Source: Phoronis australis
Taxonomy: Eukaryota > Animalia > Phoronida
Length of the DNA: 64,000 nt
Reading direction: 5' to 3'
Assembly: GCA_002633005.1 (NCBI GenBank)
Contig: NMRA01000549.1
Location: 59,123-123,122, forward strand
Numbering within the stretch: position 1 is the stretch's first letter; every line of letters begins with the position of its first letter. The notes under the pieces were generated by a model that saw only the letters and a program-made list of their open reading frames with translations, was not told where the DNA came from and did no database searches. Position numbers and translations under genes: made by a program. Positions 1-11,697 of this stretch are shown here, in pieces.

Positions 1-95
1 CCACCACTGTCGAATATGTCTTCAACTCGTCAACAATACGAGCAGATGACCTGGTCCGCGTAGAAAGTATTTTGATAAACAATTTACAAGAAAAA
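1..95 (+). CDS. Possible upstream exon (3' part) of the synaptotagmin-like gene: end of C2A/linker
   Basis: Frame from nt 3 is open (TTVEYVFNSSTIRADDLVRVESILINNLQEK) and ends at a phase-0 GT (gtaacc, 96). This would join the phase-0 exon at 31219 to give ...LQEK-NCGKLDVSIKF, resembling a C2A-C2B linker. The donor is weak and this is inference only. Confidence 0.25.
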
Positions 96-414
96 GTAAC
101 CCTGCATTCAGCATAATACCTAATCCCTAACACTACGATCGCCGCAATTTGGTCTATTTACTTTTCATGTTTCGAGCCTAGTTTTCCGAAAAAAATTAAA
201 CTCTTTCGTCAGACAACTCTTTGACGCCTTAACTTGTTCTCTAATGTAATTTTCTACGTCTGTGTGGTTTAATTGTTGACACATTATTAAAATTCAATAT
301 CCAGGTTGGACTCGAAAGACCGGCTATTTAACTCACGCAATGTTTACTTTCGCTTTGTTTATCGCAGTGAGCCTCGCTTTGGATTTTAATGTCCGCCGCG
401 TGAATAGAGTCTAT

Positions 415-1965
415 GCACGCAGCTGGCTGGCTTTCAGTTCACTTAATTGTTTTGGTTATGCCTACATGTAGTTGACCCAGACTGACCCAGCCAGCACTGT
501 CCTACTGTGGCTGAATAGCGCTCTGTAGACTGTACAATTTCAGGCCAAATACTTATTGTAAACATAACTTTGCTTTGCAGTCTGTCACATAGCGCCACCT
601 ATTTTAGAATATGGGAAAAGACACGGCTCGTCCGCCATGTTACGCCATCTATTGTTCTTTATTGTAGCTGATTGTATGCTCTCTATTTGATTTCTTCGCT
701 AGTCACATGAATGTTATCGGGTTATTCATAATTGCCGTCTTGTTTTTTTACTTGGCGGAATTCTTCGCATTCCGACAAGTATGTTGCTCTGTCGTCAAGT
801 TTTTTACTTGGCGGAATTCTTCGAATTCCGACAAGTATGTTGCTCTGTCGTCAAGTATTTTTTGTTCGCACTCTACAGGTCGCAATATTCGTTCGATTTT
901 TACGAAATTTGCACAGAACATGTAGATTGGAATGCACTGGAAAGCTGTTGTTTTTGGTCATGATCGGGTACAAAATGGCGGACGTGGCGGCCATTTTGTA
1001 TCCGATTTCACAGTCAAATACTCGTAGAGGCCGCACGCTTCGACGTACATGGCTCAAAATCAGTACGATTATACTAGAACCCATGTGCTACAACTGTGCA
1101 GAAAATCTTTGACTTCCGGTTAAAGATGGCGGAATATTGGACGTGGCGCATGCTCACCCCGAAATATGGCTAAAAACGTTTGCTCCTGTAGAGGGCGCAA
1201 TTGCAAACCAATCACTTTCAAACTGGTCAGGTGCTTGTTGAGATTAATAAGCTTTTATAAAAAATTATTGGACCGGAAGTTACTTCCAAGATGGCGGCTA
1301 TGGCGCATGTTCACACGGTTTCAATCGCTGTGTTGTCGCATTTTTTATGGGAAGAGCAAATGACGTGAATTTTTGCATGTGGATTCCTTGAAGTATGGCC
1401 TTTCAAAAAGTCTGCGAGAGCGTCTTTCTCAGACTTACCGTTTTCGAGTTATTTGACTTTGAATTTCAAAAAAAAACGGCAAATTTTCAATTTTCTCGAA
1501 AAATTTTTTGATTTTTGCCACAGTACCACTTTAGATAGAGATTTGAACGGGCTTTCAGAAGATATTTTCCATTTTGCGCTACGACGTCTACTTTTTGAAT
1601 TATTCGAGATTTTCGGATACCGTTGTTCCTTCGGTCACCCAGCAAGCACGCAGCTCTCTGGCTTTCAGTTCACTTTGTTTTGGTTATGCCTAGTTGACCC
1701 AGACTGACCCAGCCAGCACTGTTCCACTGTAGACTGGACCGTCATGTAGCGCCATCTATTGTTCTTTATTGTAGTTGATTGTATGCTCCGAATTTGATTT
1801 CTTCGCTAGTTACATGAATGTTATCGTGTTTGACAAACTACCACTTTAGATAGAGTTTTGAACGGGCTTTCAGAAGATAATTTCCATTTTGCGCTAAGAC
1901 GTAAAAAAGATTATTGAACCGGAAGTCACCTTCAAGATGGCGGCTGTGGGGCATGTTCGCTCCTG
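415..1965 (+). mobile_element. Non-autonomous Helentron-associated (HINE/DINE-1-like) element(s), copy 1
   Basis: 866-1900 is highly similar to 24120-25150, and 415-741 matches the tail repeats at 24890-25460. Head hairpin acttggcggaattc-ttc-gaattccgacaagt (806-836) follows a T-run and is tandemly duplicated with a 56-bp period (750/806). Body has aaaatggcg/gccattttg and ccggaagt motifs. Confidence 0.65.
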
Positions 1966-2977
1966 AAATGTAGCCTCCGTGGAAGGACGACACACTGATC
2001 ACGCCGCCACCACTTGCACACGCCTTCATGCTCTCATTGTACTTGTTTGGGCTTAAGCCTCTGGATCAGGCATCTTGATGTTGTTTATTCTTTCACTGCC
2101 CGGTGCGGAAAATTACATGATATTTTAACGCATAGTGCATCTTCAATTCTTTCTTAGACTTAACGTACATATTTTCAAGTCAAGAGCTAAGTTTTCAACA
2201 TTAACACAGGATTCATGCCTTTATAATGAATACATTAGGAACGTCTTTTGAAGTACACTTTAGCAATGCGTGATTGTACAAACATTTGTACCCTCAGTAC
2301 TCTAACCAAATATTACTGTGACTAAAACACTATAACAAGACAACTAATTCAGTCATGTATTCCTAAACTGTACCTACACTAACATCACAACTTGTGCAAC
2401 GCATACAAGACCGTGGCCAAGGATATAAGCCACCCAGTCACAACATTAACCTTTCTCTCAGACAGGAACATTTAGTTTGGGAAAGAGAAATTGTAGATCA
2501 CTGGAGCGGTATTGGTAGTAACAACGTGACAACACTTTTTGTTTATAATCCAACTTAAAAATACAAGTAATGACAAATAGAATAATTCAAAGCCTATACA
2601 ACTGATATAGGTTTAACATGGTTAAAATGGCAAAATAACAAATGCTGCATCTAACAAAGTTAACCATGGAAGCAAGCAAAAACGAAAAATTCAAAAACAA
2701 TAGATGCAACATCTAAGTTTTCCACGGACATCCAGCAGAAACATATTGGAAGACTTTACAAAGTTGGGTTGTAGCATTGATGGATCATTTGCTTAGGTAC
2801 GGAGAAATTAACTTGCCTCTAAGCATCCTAATAACTCATTGTGTAAAGTTCAGCTCAAATATTTCCACGTCCAAATTAAGCATAAGAGACCATCAGTTCT
2901 ACATAATTGTTCACTTGTCGAAGTCACCCTTTATGTTTAGGTTACTTTTTCCTTGTCCTATCGATGTCTATCAATAT

Positions 2978-5427
2978 TTTTTTTCATAATTTTATTCTTG
3001 AACAATATACATTGATAATCTTTAAAGGGTGAAAGGGTGAACAAGGAAAACGGGCAAGGACTTTCACTCACACACTCGCACACTCATTCACACACTTCAT
3101 CATTTAATGAAAATACTACTAAACAATATATGAGTTAAGTATATTACAGATATTACTGATTCATTGTATGGCAGCACTGAGGCTCTCCCACATTTTAATA
3201 TTAATATTGTCCGGTTCTTTTTGTTTTTGAATTTTTTTTTCAGAGATATTTATTAACTCAACCAACCAGTACATAGTTGTGTGACAATATGACATCTAGT
3301 TTAGTGTACATCAAATAATTTACGAAACATTATCAGACCCTACAAAAGCTAGATAGGCAAAAAAGACCACCTTGCCTGGAATCTCTCAAGATCCAATTTA
3401 TCATTGTAAATAATTTTTTCCAGGTTGTAGTAATCATATACCTCACGTAAAAATGACTGAAAATTGGGCTTAGTCTTTTGTAATCTTTATCTATATAAGT
3501 GGAATTTCGCTAAGCAAAGAATTAAATTTACAGCTTCTAATCTACAGGCTGGGTCTCCAAACAAGGCGGAAGACATATTTAACTGCAGAGGGAAATTGCA
3601 CGGATTTATCATCCATGTTCTTAAACATCCCCAAAACTTCTGAACAAGTGAACATTCCCAATACAAATGTAGAATTGTTTCTTCATGTTGCTCACATAAA
3701 GAACATAAAGACGATTCACTAACACCTATTTTCTTTAAATAAGAGTTTGTACCAATAACTCTGTGGTTGATACGGAATTGAAACCATCTGAGTCTGACAT
3801 CAGAAGTACAATGATAAATTACAGAATGAATTTTTTTCCAAGATTTATTTTCATCACATAAGTTAATTTCTCTCTCCCACTTCAATTCTGCGAGAGGTTT
3901 TACATATAAATTAGAAATAAATACTTCATAGATTTTCCCAGTCCCTTTATTTTCCGAGGAGATTCGAAAANCATCTGAGTCTGACATCAGAAGTACAATG
4001 ATAAATTACAGAATGAATTTTTTTCCAAGATTGAGTTCCATCACATAAGTTAATTTCTCTCTCCCACTTCAATTCTGCGACAGGTTTTACATATAATTTA
4101 GAAATAAATACTTCATAGATTTTCCCAGTCCCTTTATTATCCGAGGAGATTCGATAAATATGTTCTGGAAAAAGGTGGAGTGACTACAGTACTCTTATCT
4201 CTTAGATGATTCCAAGAACGAAGTATTGAACTTCGAATTCCATAAAAATGAGTAATACAAGGACAAAATTGAAAACGTTTACAAAAGGTATGATAATCAT
4301 AAATATATCCCTAATCAGGGTCAATTAAATCGTATACGTACCGTATACCCTTTTGAAACCACTCGTTCCAAAAAATTGGATTGCTGTCTATACAGATTTT
4401 GGGGTTATACCACAAAGGTTGGTACAAAGGATCCTCTATCTCACAAAGATTGGTAAATTCGTATAAGATATGGAAAATATCCTTCCAAAAAATATTTTTA
4501 GTACGGTAAGATACTTCAAGGAAAAAACAAGAACCTAACTGAAAAGAGTCATTTTTTATATTAGGAATAATTTCACATAAAATATTTAGCCAAAGAGAAG
4601 TATTGTTATAATAATTTTTCAAGAATTTTCGAATCCAAGTCAGTTTAATAGCTTTGACAAATGACGCAATATGAACCATATTCCCACCTCCAACTTCAGA
4701 TTTCTGCACCATGGTTTTTCTAGAGATTCTATCAGAAGAGGTACCCCAAATAAAATTAAAGAATAGGTTTTCAATGTCCTTAAAAAAAGTAGCACTTGGA
4801 AGAGGAAGTGTGTAAAAGAGGTGAATCAGTTTTGGTAATAAGANAGGTCGGCGTCCAGTTTAGACATATTTTCAGGGGTCACCAAGTCCTCCAACTCATA
4901 TTGGAGAGAGTCATTTTCTTTCGCTGCATATAAATTTGCATAGAATTTTTCGATTGCACGCAGTATAGCTTTTTGGTTCATCAAGCTTCGTCCAGTCTCG
5001 TCTATAAGTTTGTTTTTGAAAATTAACTATTGAAATTTTAATATATTTTGACATGAATATTTTAAGGGCAGACCAATCTGGATGCAAGTGCTGTTGGCTA
5101 CGTAAATAAATAAAATATTGGGCTATAGTGATAACATAATTAATCAACAGGGAGAATTCAGAACCTAAATGGCAAAACATGCTTTCATTTTTGGTTATTC
5201 TGACTTCTTCCTTAAGGGAAGATGTCAAAATATCCTGAACATTAATCAACAATCTTTGCACTACATCACAAAGGAAAAACATGTGTTCAGTACTCTGTAC
5301 TAGATTACAATAGGGACATTTATCTGAATTAACAATCTTCATTTTATATAACAAAGAGTTAGTATACACTCTGTTATATATACTTAAAAGATTTAATGCA
5401 TGGTTCGAGAGGAAGTGTAAAAGGCAA
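2978..5427 (-). mobile_element. 5'-truncated L1/Tx1-clade LINE insertion (composite) with 12-bp TSD
   Basis: TSD gtctatcaatat at 2966-2977 and 5428-5439. AATAAA plus A-tail at the left end on the - strand. ORF 4911-5369 carries the L1/Tx1 C-terminal CCHC-type motif (YTNSLLYKMKIVNSDKCPYC...STEHMFFLC). Confidence 0.8.
3232..4843 (-). mobile_element. Second L1/Tx1-clade LINE 3' fragment, apparently nested in the first
   Basis: Has its own AATAAA/A-tail at ~3232-3254. ORF2 C-terminal pieces: ...FNFIWG...RISRKTMVQKSEVGGGNM...LTWIRKF...PLWYNPKI (4311-4840) and LRWFQFRINHRVIGTN...CSLCEQHEETILHLYWEC (3487-3987). The right boundary is an N. Confidence 0.8.
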
Positions 5428-5439
5428 GTCTATCAATAT

Positions 5440-7890
5440 AATAATCCAATAACCCCCCAAAGCTACCTGTAGGCCCTAGTACATCAATGAACTATATACA
5501 CATCTTTTTGTATGTTAACTTGCCCCAACTCTGCACACCCAAGTTTGATCAAGTTTGCAAAGAAAAAGTTCTGCCAGTTTAGACAGACTTGTACTTTTAC
5601 ACTCCATCCCCCCTCTTGAAAATATCCTCATTTCTACTACCCCCAATAGAATTCAGCATTTGCTAAAGTAATTAGCAAATGGCAGAGTATTAAATTTAGT
5701 GCTGCATGCAAGTTTCACAGCCTGTTGAAAATTCATAACAATTAGTACTACAGTAATTAAATCTTTGCAGTCTAACGATCAACAAAAGACAAAAATACTC
5801 ATACAAATAATAAAAAATGTTAATTTACATACTTCCATTTGGTGCTGACCACAACTTCATTAATAGCAAGATAATAATAATAAATAAATTAGAAGTGACG
5901 TGGCTTTGGCAGGTTTGCAACATGCTAGCTTACAAAAATTCAATTAGGATTTAACAGTAGACAGTGAAGGATAAAAGTATGTGATTCCTGAAGCTTATAT
6001 GGAAAACTTGCTGGAATCCAAACGAAAAACAAAACATAAGTGTTCATTTGTAAGTCACCATCTATGCTTAGGTTAGTTTTTCCTTCTCCTGTCCACGCTA
6101 ATCACTATAATAATTCAATAATCCCCAACCCCCCCAAGCTACCTGTAGGCCCGAGTACATCAGCGAACTACACAAACCTTTTTGCTTGTAAATTTGATCA
6201 CACTCTGCAAAATGAAAACTGTCCCTTAAATGTCTACGACCCATATTCAAACTAACCTTTACACACTCAAGTTTGGTCAGGTTTGCAAAGAAAAAGTTCA
6301 GACAGACTTGTACTTTTAAAATTAACCCCCCCATCCAAAGAACAAGAAATTTCTTCGACTTCCATTTGGTACTGACCAAAATTTCATTTCTTGGCGAGAT
6401 AGTAATAATAATAAATTAACTAGAAATGACGTGGCTTCGGCAGGTTTGCAATATGCTAGCTCATAAATATTCAATTAGGAGTTAATAGTACACAGTGCAG
6501 GATAAAAGTATGCTGATATAGAAACCGTGCTGGAATCCAAAAGCAAGAACACGTTATGTGGTCCACCGCTTTAGATTAGTCCATTTTTTGCTGTTGTGTC
6601 ACCATCAAGTGAGTAATCTGCAATATAACACATCTTTTGATATTCCGAGTCACATCTTATGTCATACCCTGTACCATATCTCATTTCATACATTCCATTA
6701 TATCTTGTGTAATATCTCATGTCATAATGTTTGTCGCATCTAGTCTTGTAATCTATGTTAGCTTTATAACATGTTGCGACATATCCTATTCTGTACATTG
6801 TATGAAATGATATTATGCCTTGTATGTCATGCAACATGTCATCCTGAGTTTTATCCCATGGAATGCAATGTGTCATATACCATGTCATATCTCAGAACAT
6901 CCTGTATCATAACATACCCAATCTTCTTTCATTACATCTCATGCCATACCCTGTAATATATCCAGTATCATATTCTGTACTATGCCGGTCATTACATGGC
7001 AACAGTTCATAACACTGCATCATGATCACAATAATAGACATCACGTATTATTGAATGTACCTTTTCACCATAATGTTTCCCTGATGAAGCCTAATGACCA
7101 AAAATATACAAAAATGTTCGTCCAAATAACAAAAAAAATTATCTACATACTTCCATTTGGTATTGACCATAATTTCATTTCTTGGCGAGATAATAATAAT
7201 AATAAATTAACTAGAAATGAAGTGGCTTTGGCAGGTTTGCAATATGCTACCTCATAAATATTAAATTAGGAGTTAATAGTAGACAGTGCATGATAAAAGT
7301 ATGTAATTCCTCATGCTTATATAGAAAACGTGCTGGAGTCCAAAAGGAAGAACATGTTATGGTCCACCGCTTCAGATTAGTCCATCATTGCTGATGTGTC
7401 ACCACGAAGTGAGGAATCTGCAATATAAAACATCTGTCGATATTCCGAGTCACATCCTATGTCATACCCTGTGTCATATCTCATTTCATACATTCCATCA
7501 TATCTTGTGTAATATCTCATGTCATAATGTCTATCGTATCTAGTCTTGTAATCTATGTTAGCTTTATCACATTCTGCGACATATCCTATTCTATACATTG
7601 TATAAAATGATATTATTCCTTGCATATATCATACAACATGTCATCCTGTGTTTTATCCCATGGAATGTAATGCGTCATATGCCATGTCATATCTCAGAAC
7701 ATCCTGTATCATTACATACCCAATCTTCTTTCATTATATCTCATGACATACCCTGTAATATATCCAGTATCATATTCTATACTATGCCTGTCACTTACAT
7801 GGGAACTGTCCATAACACAGCATCGTGATCAGAATAATAGACATCACGTATTACTGAATGTACCTTTTCACCGTAAAATGTTTCCCGGTT
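5440..7890. repeat. Patchwork tandem duplications of the Helentron 3' region (~790-805-bp unit plus partial units)
   Basis: 6360-7085 ~ 7150-7890; partial third copy 5830-6030; 5440-5620 ~ 6110-6340; 2909-2960 ~ 6042-6092. The unit has internal ~12-bp 'tcatatc/tcatacc' periodicity. Confidence 0.85.
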
Positions 7891-8703
7891 AAAGTACACA
7901 TGATCTATCAGTGAACCAGAGTCAATTGTTGCTGTGGTTATCATCTGCTCAAATCCATAACTCTTCATTAATGATGCCACTAGTGTATCTTTTGTGTCGA
8001 GGAGGTTATCATTAAAATCACCCAGAATAACTGTTGGAACATGCTCTGGTAATTTTATTAACAAGGACTCTAAGTTTTCCAGAAACAGTCTATACGATGA
8101 ACTTGGGCCACGATAAATCGCTACAACTACAAGACGACCGAGTTGTGTTTTGACAACAATGGCCTTATACTCAAAGCAAGACAAACTGAGTGACGGAAAT
8201 ATTTCTGTAGGCTGTAGCTTGGATGATGCACAGATTAGAATTCCATGGCTTTTTCTTTGGTCAATGGTGCTGGATACATCAGATCTAAAAGCTACATAAG
8301 AGTGACTTTCCAAGAACTCATCAAGGCAGTCACCTTGTGAAAGATAAGTCTCTGTAAAGCACATAATGTCAACATAGTTGTAAAACTCTTTCTCGAAACT
8401 ACTCATCAAGTCTTTCTGTTTTTGCAACAGATAATGAACGTTCAAATGACCAATAGCAAGTACAGAGTCTTTTAAAAGATCATTTTCAGTGAAACGCATA
8501 CTGTGCATGTCCTTCATTTCAGCAGCAACTTTAGAATCTGTCTTTATCCCTCTAGGGTCAAACTGTGTAACATACAACCCCTCAAGTGACTTAACTCTAC
8601 TAAATGCTACATATGCTTGTCCACTACTGAACTTGTTGGCCCCTTTCATACACACAACTATTTCATCCATTGTCAGTCCTTGGCATTTGTGAATCGTAAC
8701 AGC
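7795..8703 (-). pseudogene. Helentron helicase C-terminus fused to AP-endonuclease (EEP) domain
   Basis: In frame with the previous ORF across the stop. EEP motifs HLNV, FTETYL, IYR, ILGDFND, IDHVY and SDHDAV. Confidence 0.9.
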
Positions 8704-11697
8704 CTATGCCAAAGTCAGAGGAAACTGTAAACGAGACACTTGTGCACTTTTTATTCCACCTTTTGCAAATTTAGATTCATGTCTCATGATGGAAACAGCA
8801 TCAGGATACTTAAGTTTCCACTGACCTGACGCAATAGCCTTTCTTCCTACTTCAGCATTGTCAAATTTAACAAGTACAGTAATCACTCTTCCATCATTCC
8901 CCGTCTCAATTCCATCAACAACACTAATAACACCATTAACGAGCCCATCTGAGGTGTCAACGTTACAAATCAACATCACTCTGGCACCATTGCAAATTTC
9001 TAATACAGAATGTAAACCACCAGTTTCTGAACGTTTCGATGTTTTATGGATATAGTCTAAATCAAGTAATCTGGTGCTGTCTTTCTTGTCATCAATAGCC
9101 GTGATTTTAACTCGGTTTGACTCATCAGGTTCAAGGCTACAAAGTCTCTTCTGATTCCTTTTGTCAACGTCATCATTGCGGGCAAAGACATGTAGTGCAT
9201 GATATGAATAATTTGGAGAATTTTCAACAAGTTCTATAGAACGTAAAACAGCAATATCGTTGTCAGTGTGACTTCCAAGTCGTACACGACACAAAAGTTC
9301 AGCAAAAGGTTGGTCACCCCTTTGTCTCATTAGCTCACTCAGTTCATGTAGCATAAAGTGGTCCTTCCACAAAGATCCATACAAATTTGCAAGTGGGTTT
9401 CTGACTGGATCATAGATATGAGATTGACATAGAGGTGGCAGTTGATATAGGTCACCCACAGCCAAGACACTAACATTGCCGAACAAGAACGAGTCATCAC
9501 ATGGTCCCATTATTTCTGTAAGTCTTCTGTGGATGTTCAGTAACATGTCTGAGCCAACCATTGATATCTCATCTATAACTAATAGTTGCAAATTTTCAAG
9601 TTTAGTACGCAGCGTGTTCAGTTTGTCAAACGTAAGTGCATCACCGTGTTGTCCATATTTTGAAGTACGTAATAGCAATACTGAATGAATAGTCATTCCA
9701 CCAATATTAAAATCTGCCACACCAGTTGGCGCTGTTAGCAATGTGACAATATCCGTTGGTTTAAATTTTCGTGACAAAGATAAGAACCTTTTTGTATCAG
9801 ATTGAATAAGTCGTATCACATGGCTTTTACCCACACCACCAGGACCACTAAGAAATATTCTATATGAATTTGGCTTTTCGTTTTCCTTAACACACTTAAC
9901 AACATATTTGCACCCCTGCCTGTGATATAATACAATTTCGCGTTGTTTTTCATTAAGACTAGACATTATATCACGATATTCTTGTGGGGTCAAACAGTCA
10001 CGATTCTCTTCTATGTCATATCTAGCCACAAGATCGGATGCATTCTCAGCTAATGGTCTTTGAAACATGACAGTATTTGCGTCTAGATCTTCTTGTTCCA
10101 ATCTCCTCTCAACATCCAAACCGTCATTCTGGGCCTGTAAATTCTCATGCTCAACTCCAGGTGCAAGTAATTCCCATGCATGTTGAGGAGGTCCATTTTG
10201 TGCATTTTGATCAAGGGCTTGCTCAATGAGTTCTGTATTATGTATGTACTTCTGTTCATTTTCAAAAATAAATTGTGACACAGAAATGTAATGGGAATGA
10301 TAGTCATCGTAATTACCTCTAAGGTCTCTCTCTTCATTTCGCCATGGGAGGTAGAGCATAAGTTTTGCACGATAGAAACTGCTTGGTTCTTTATCCACAT
10401 TATGCTTACGGAATCGTATCACTGCAGTTTTTCTCCTCCTGCACATAGAACCTTTGCCATACTTAAGTTTCATCCTCTGTGGTAATGACAGAGGGACATC
10501 AACTTCTCCTTCAGTCAAAACATCTGGTACACTATCGTCATTATCGTCGTCGTATTCTTTGTACGTGGTTGTGTAGCTAGCAGCAAATTCAGCCAAGCAC
10601 ACATCCTCAAGACTGTCTTGTCTGTATTCATACCTGTCAACTAAACTGGTTTGAAAAATATCAGTGTCATCATCCTCCAACTTATCAAGTTGAATTTTAT
10701 CTTTCAGAACTGCAATTCTGGATGATTTCGGATCTGTGTTGATGAAAACAACTTTTCGACTTGGACGTTTCAAAGGCATAGACAAAATGCGGTAGGCGGC
10801 TTCCTGTGCACTGATTTCACGGTGGTTTAAAAACACTGATCCTAATTTTCTTAACCCCGAACTAATATCATTATCTCTTATTTCTTTACAGGCTTGTTTC
10901 AACAGTTCACCCATTCCCCTTTCATCTTTGGTCACATAAGCAGCAACATACATGACCCAACCATAAGGATCCAGGATATATTGCAGGTCTAAATTTGTTT
11001 GCCATGCTTTAAGAATAGTCGGATTATAAGCATTCACATTTTGCTCAGACGGTGTTCGTTCTAAAACAACAGTACAACCCTTCTCAGAAACTGCTAAAGC
11101 TTCCATGTAGTTTTCAACTGTTGTGTTAGCACACTCACAGAGTTCTGTCAACGACAAGTCACTTGAGGTATCACTTTCAAGAAAATCTCGTACTGATGAA
11201 AGAATATCTTTTGCATTTTCTTGTTTAGCAATGGCCACCTCGGTGTCTGGTTCTCGTGCAATAATAGTAGCTGCACTGGGTGGTCTAGGGTATTTGAATC
11301 TACATGACCCTTTCTTTCTACAATACGGCGAATGACTGTGCACTTGTAAGTTTTCCACGAGATCTAGCAATGTATCATCGTCTTCAGGTAGGGCACAAGT
11401 GATATATTTACTAATAAACGAAGACACTTCCTCATCAGTTTTTTCATTGAGCTTTGGTGCATCCTTAATCCACAACAGAATGTGTGCATGTGGTGACCCA
11501 CGAGCTTGAAATTCTATACGCGAAACGTAATCAGTGATTTCTCCCAATGGGTGCACATTTGATAACAGAACATCTCGGAAGAATAAATCTAGTCTGTACT
11601 GAAAGTGTCTGGCAGCAGTCACAGGATTACATCGCAACCAGTTTGAACGTTCAGCGAAAGCCAAGTTCTTTACGTCTTCATCACTCAACACTACCAT
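8704..11697 (-). pseudogene. Helentron HUH Rep nuclease + PIF1 (SF1B) helicase part
   Basis: HUH motif PHAHILLW, YxxxY motif YVAAYVTK, EISAQEAAYRIL, Walker A GPGGVGKS and Walker B IDEISMV. Ends at TAG where related helicases usually have W (LAWAVTIHK). Confidence 0.92.

Noticed and set aside
732-1363. ORFs 'conserved' between 732-1363 and 24074-24613
   Set aside because: The similarity reflects two copies of a non-coding repeat. Frames are open on both strands with no domain motifs.
3787-4155. ~185-bp direct duplication within the LINE
   Set aside because: The copies abut a single N (3971) and differ by a few SNPs, typical of an unmerged contig or haplotype overlap.
6558-7828. Tyr/His/Asp-rich repeated ORFs (e.g. 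6571-6888, 7377-7625)
   Set aside because: Translations of the 12-bp-periodic Helentron trailer repeat; the frames are not preserved between copies.
8704-8706. Programmed readthrough/frameshift expressing Rep-Hel-EN
   Set aside because: The TAG falls at a normally W codon inside a conserved helicase motif, and the 11690 shift has no slippery heptamer. Other apparently non-consensus substitutions suggest simple decay; check raw reads for sequencing error.
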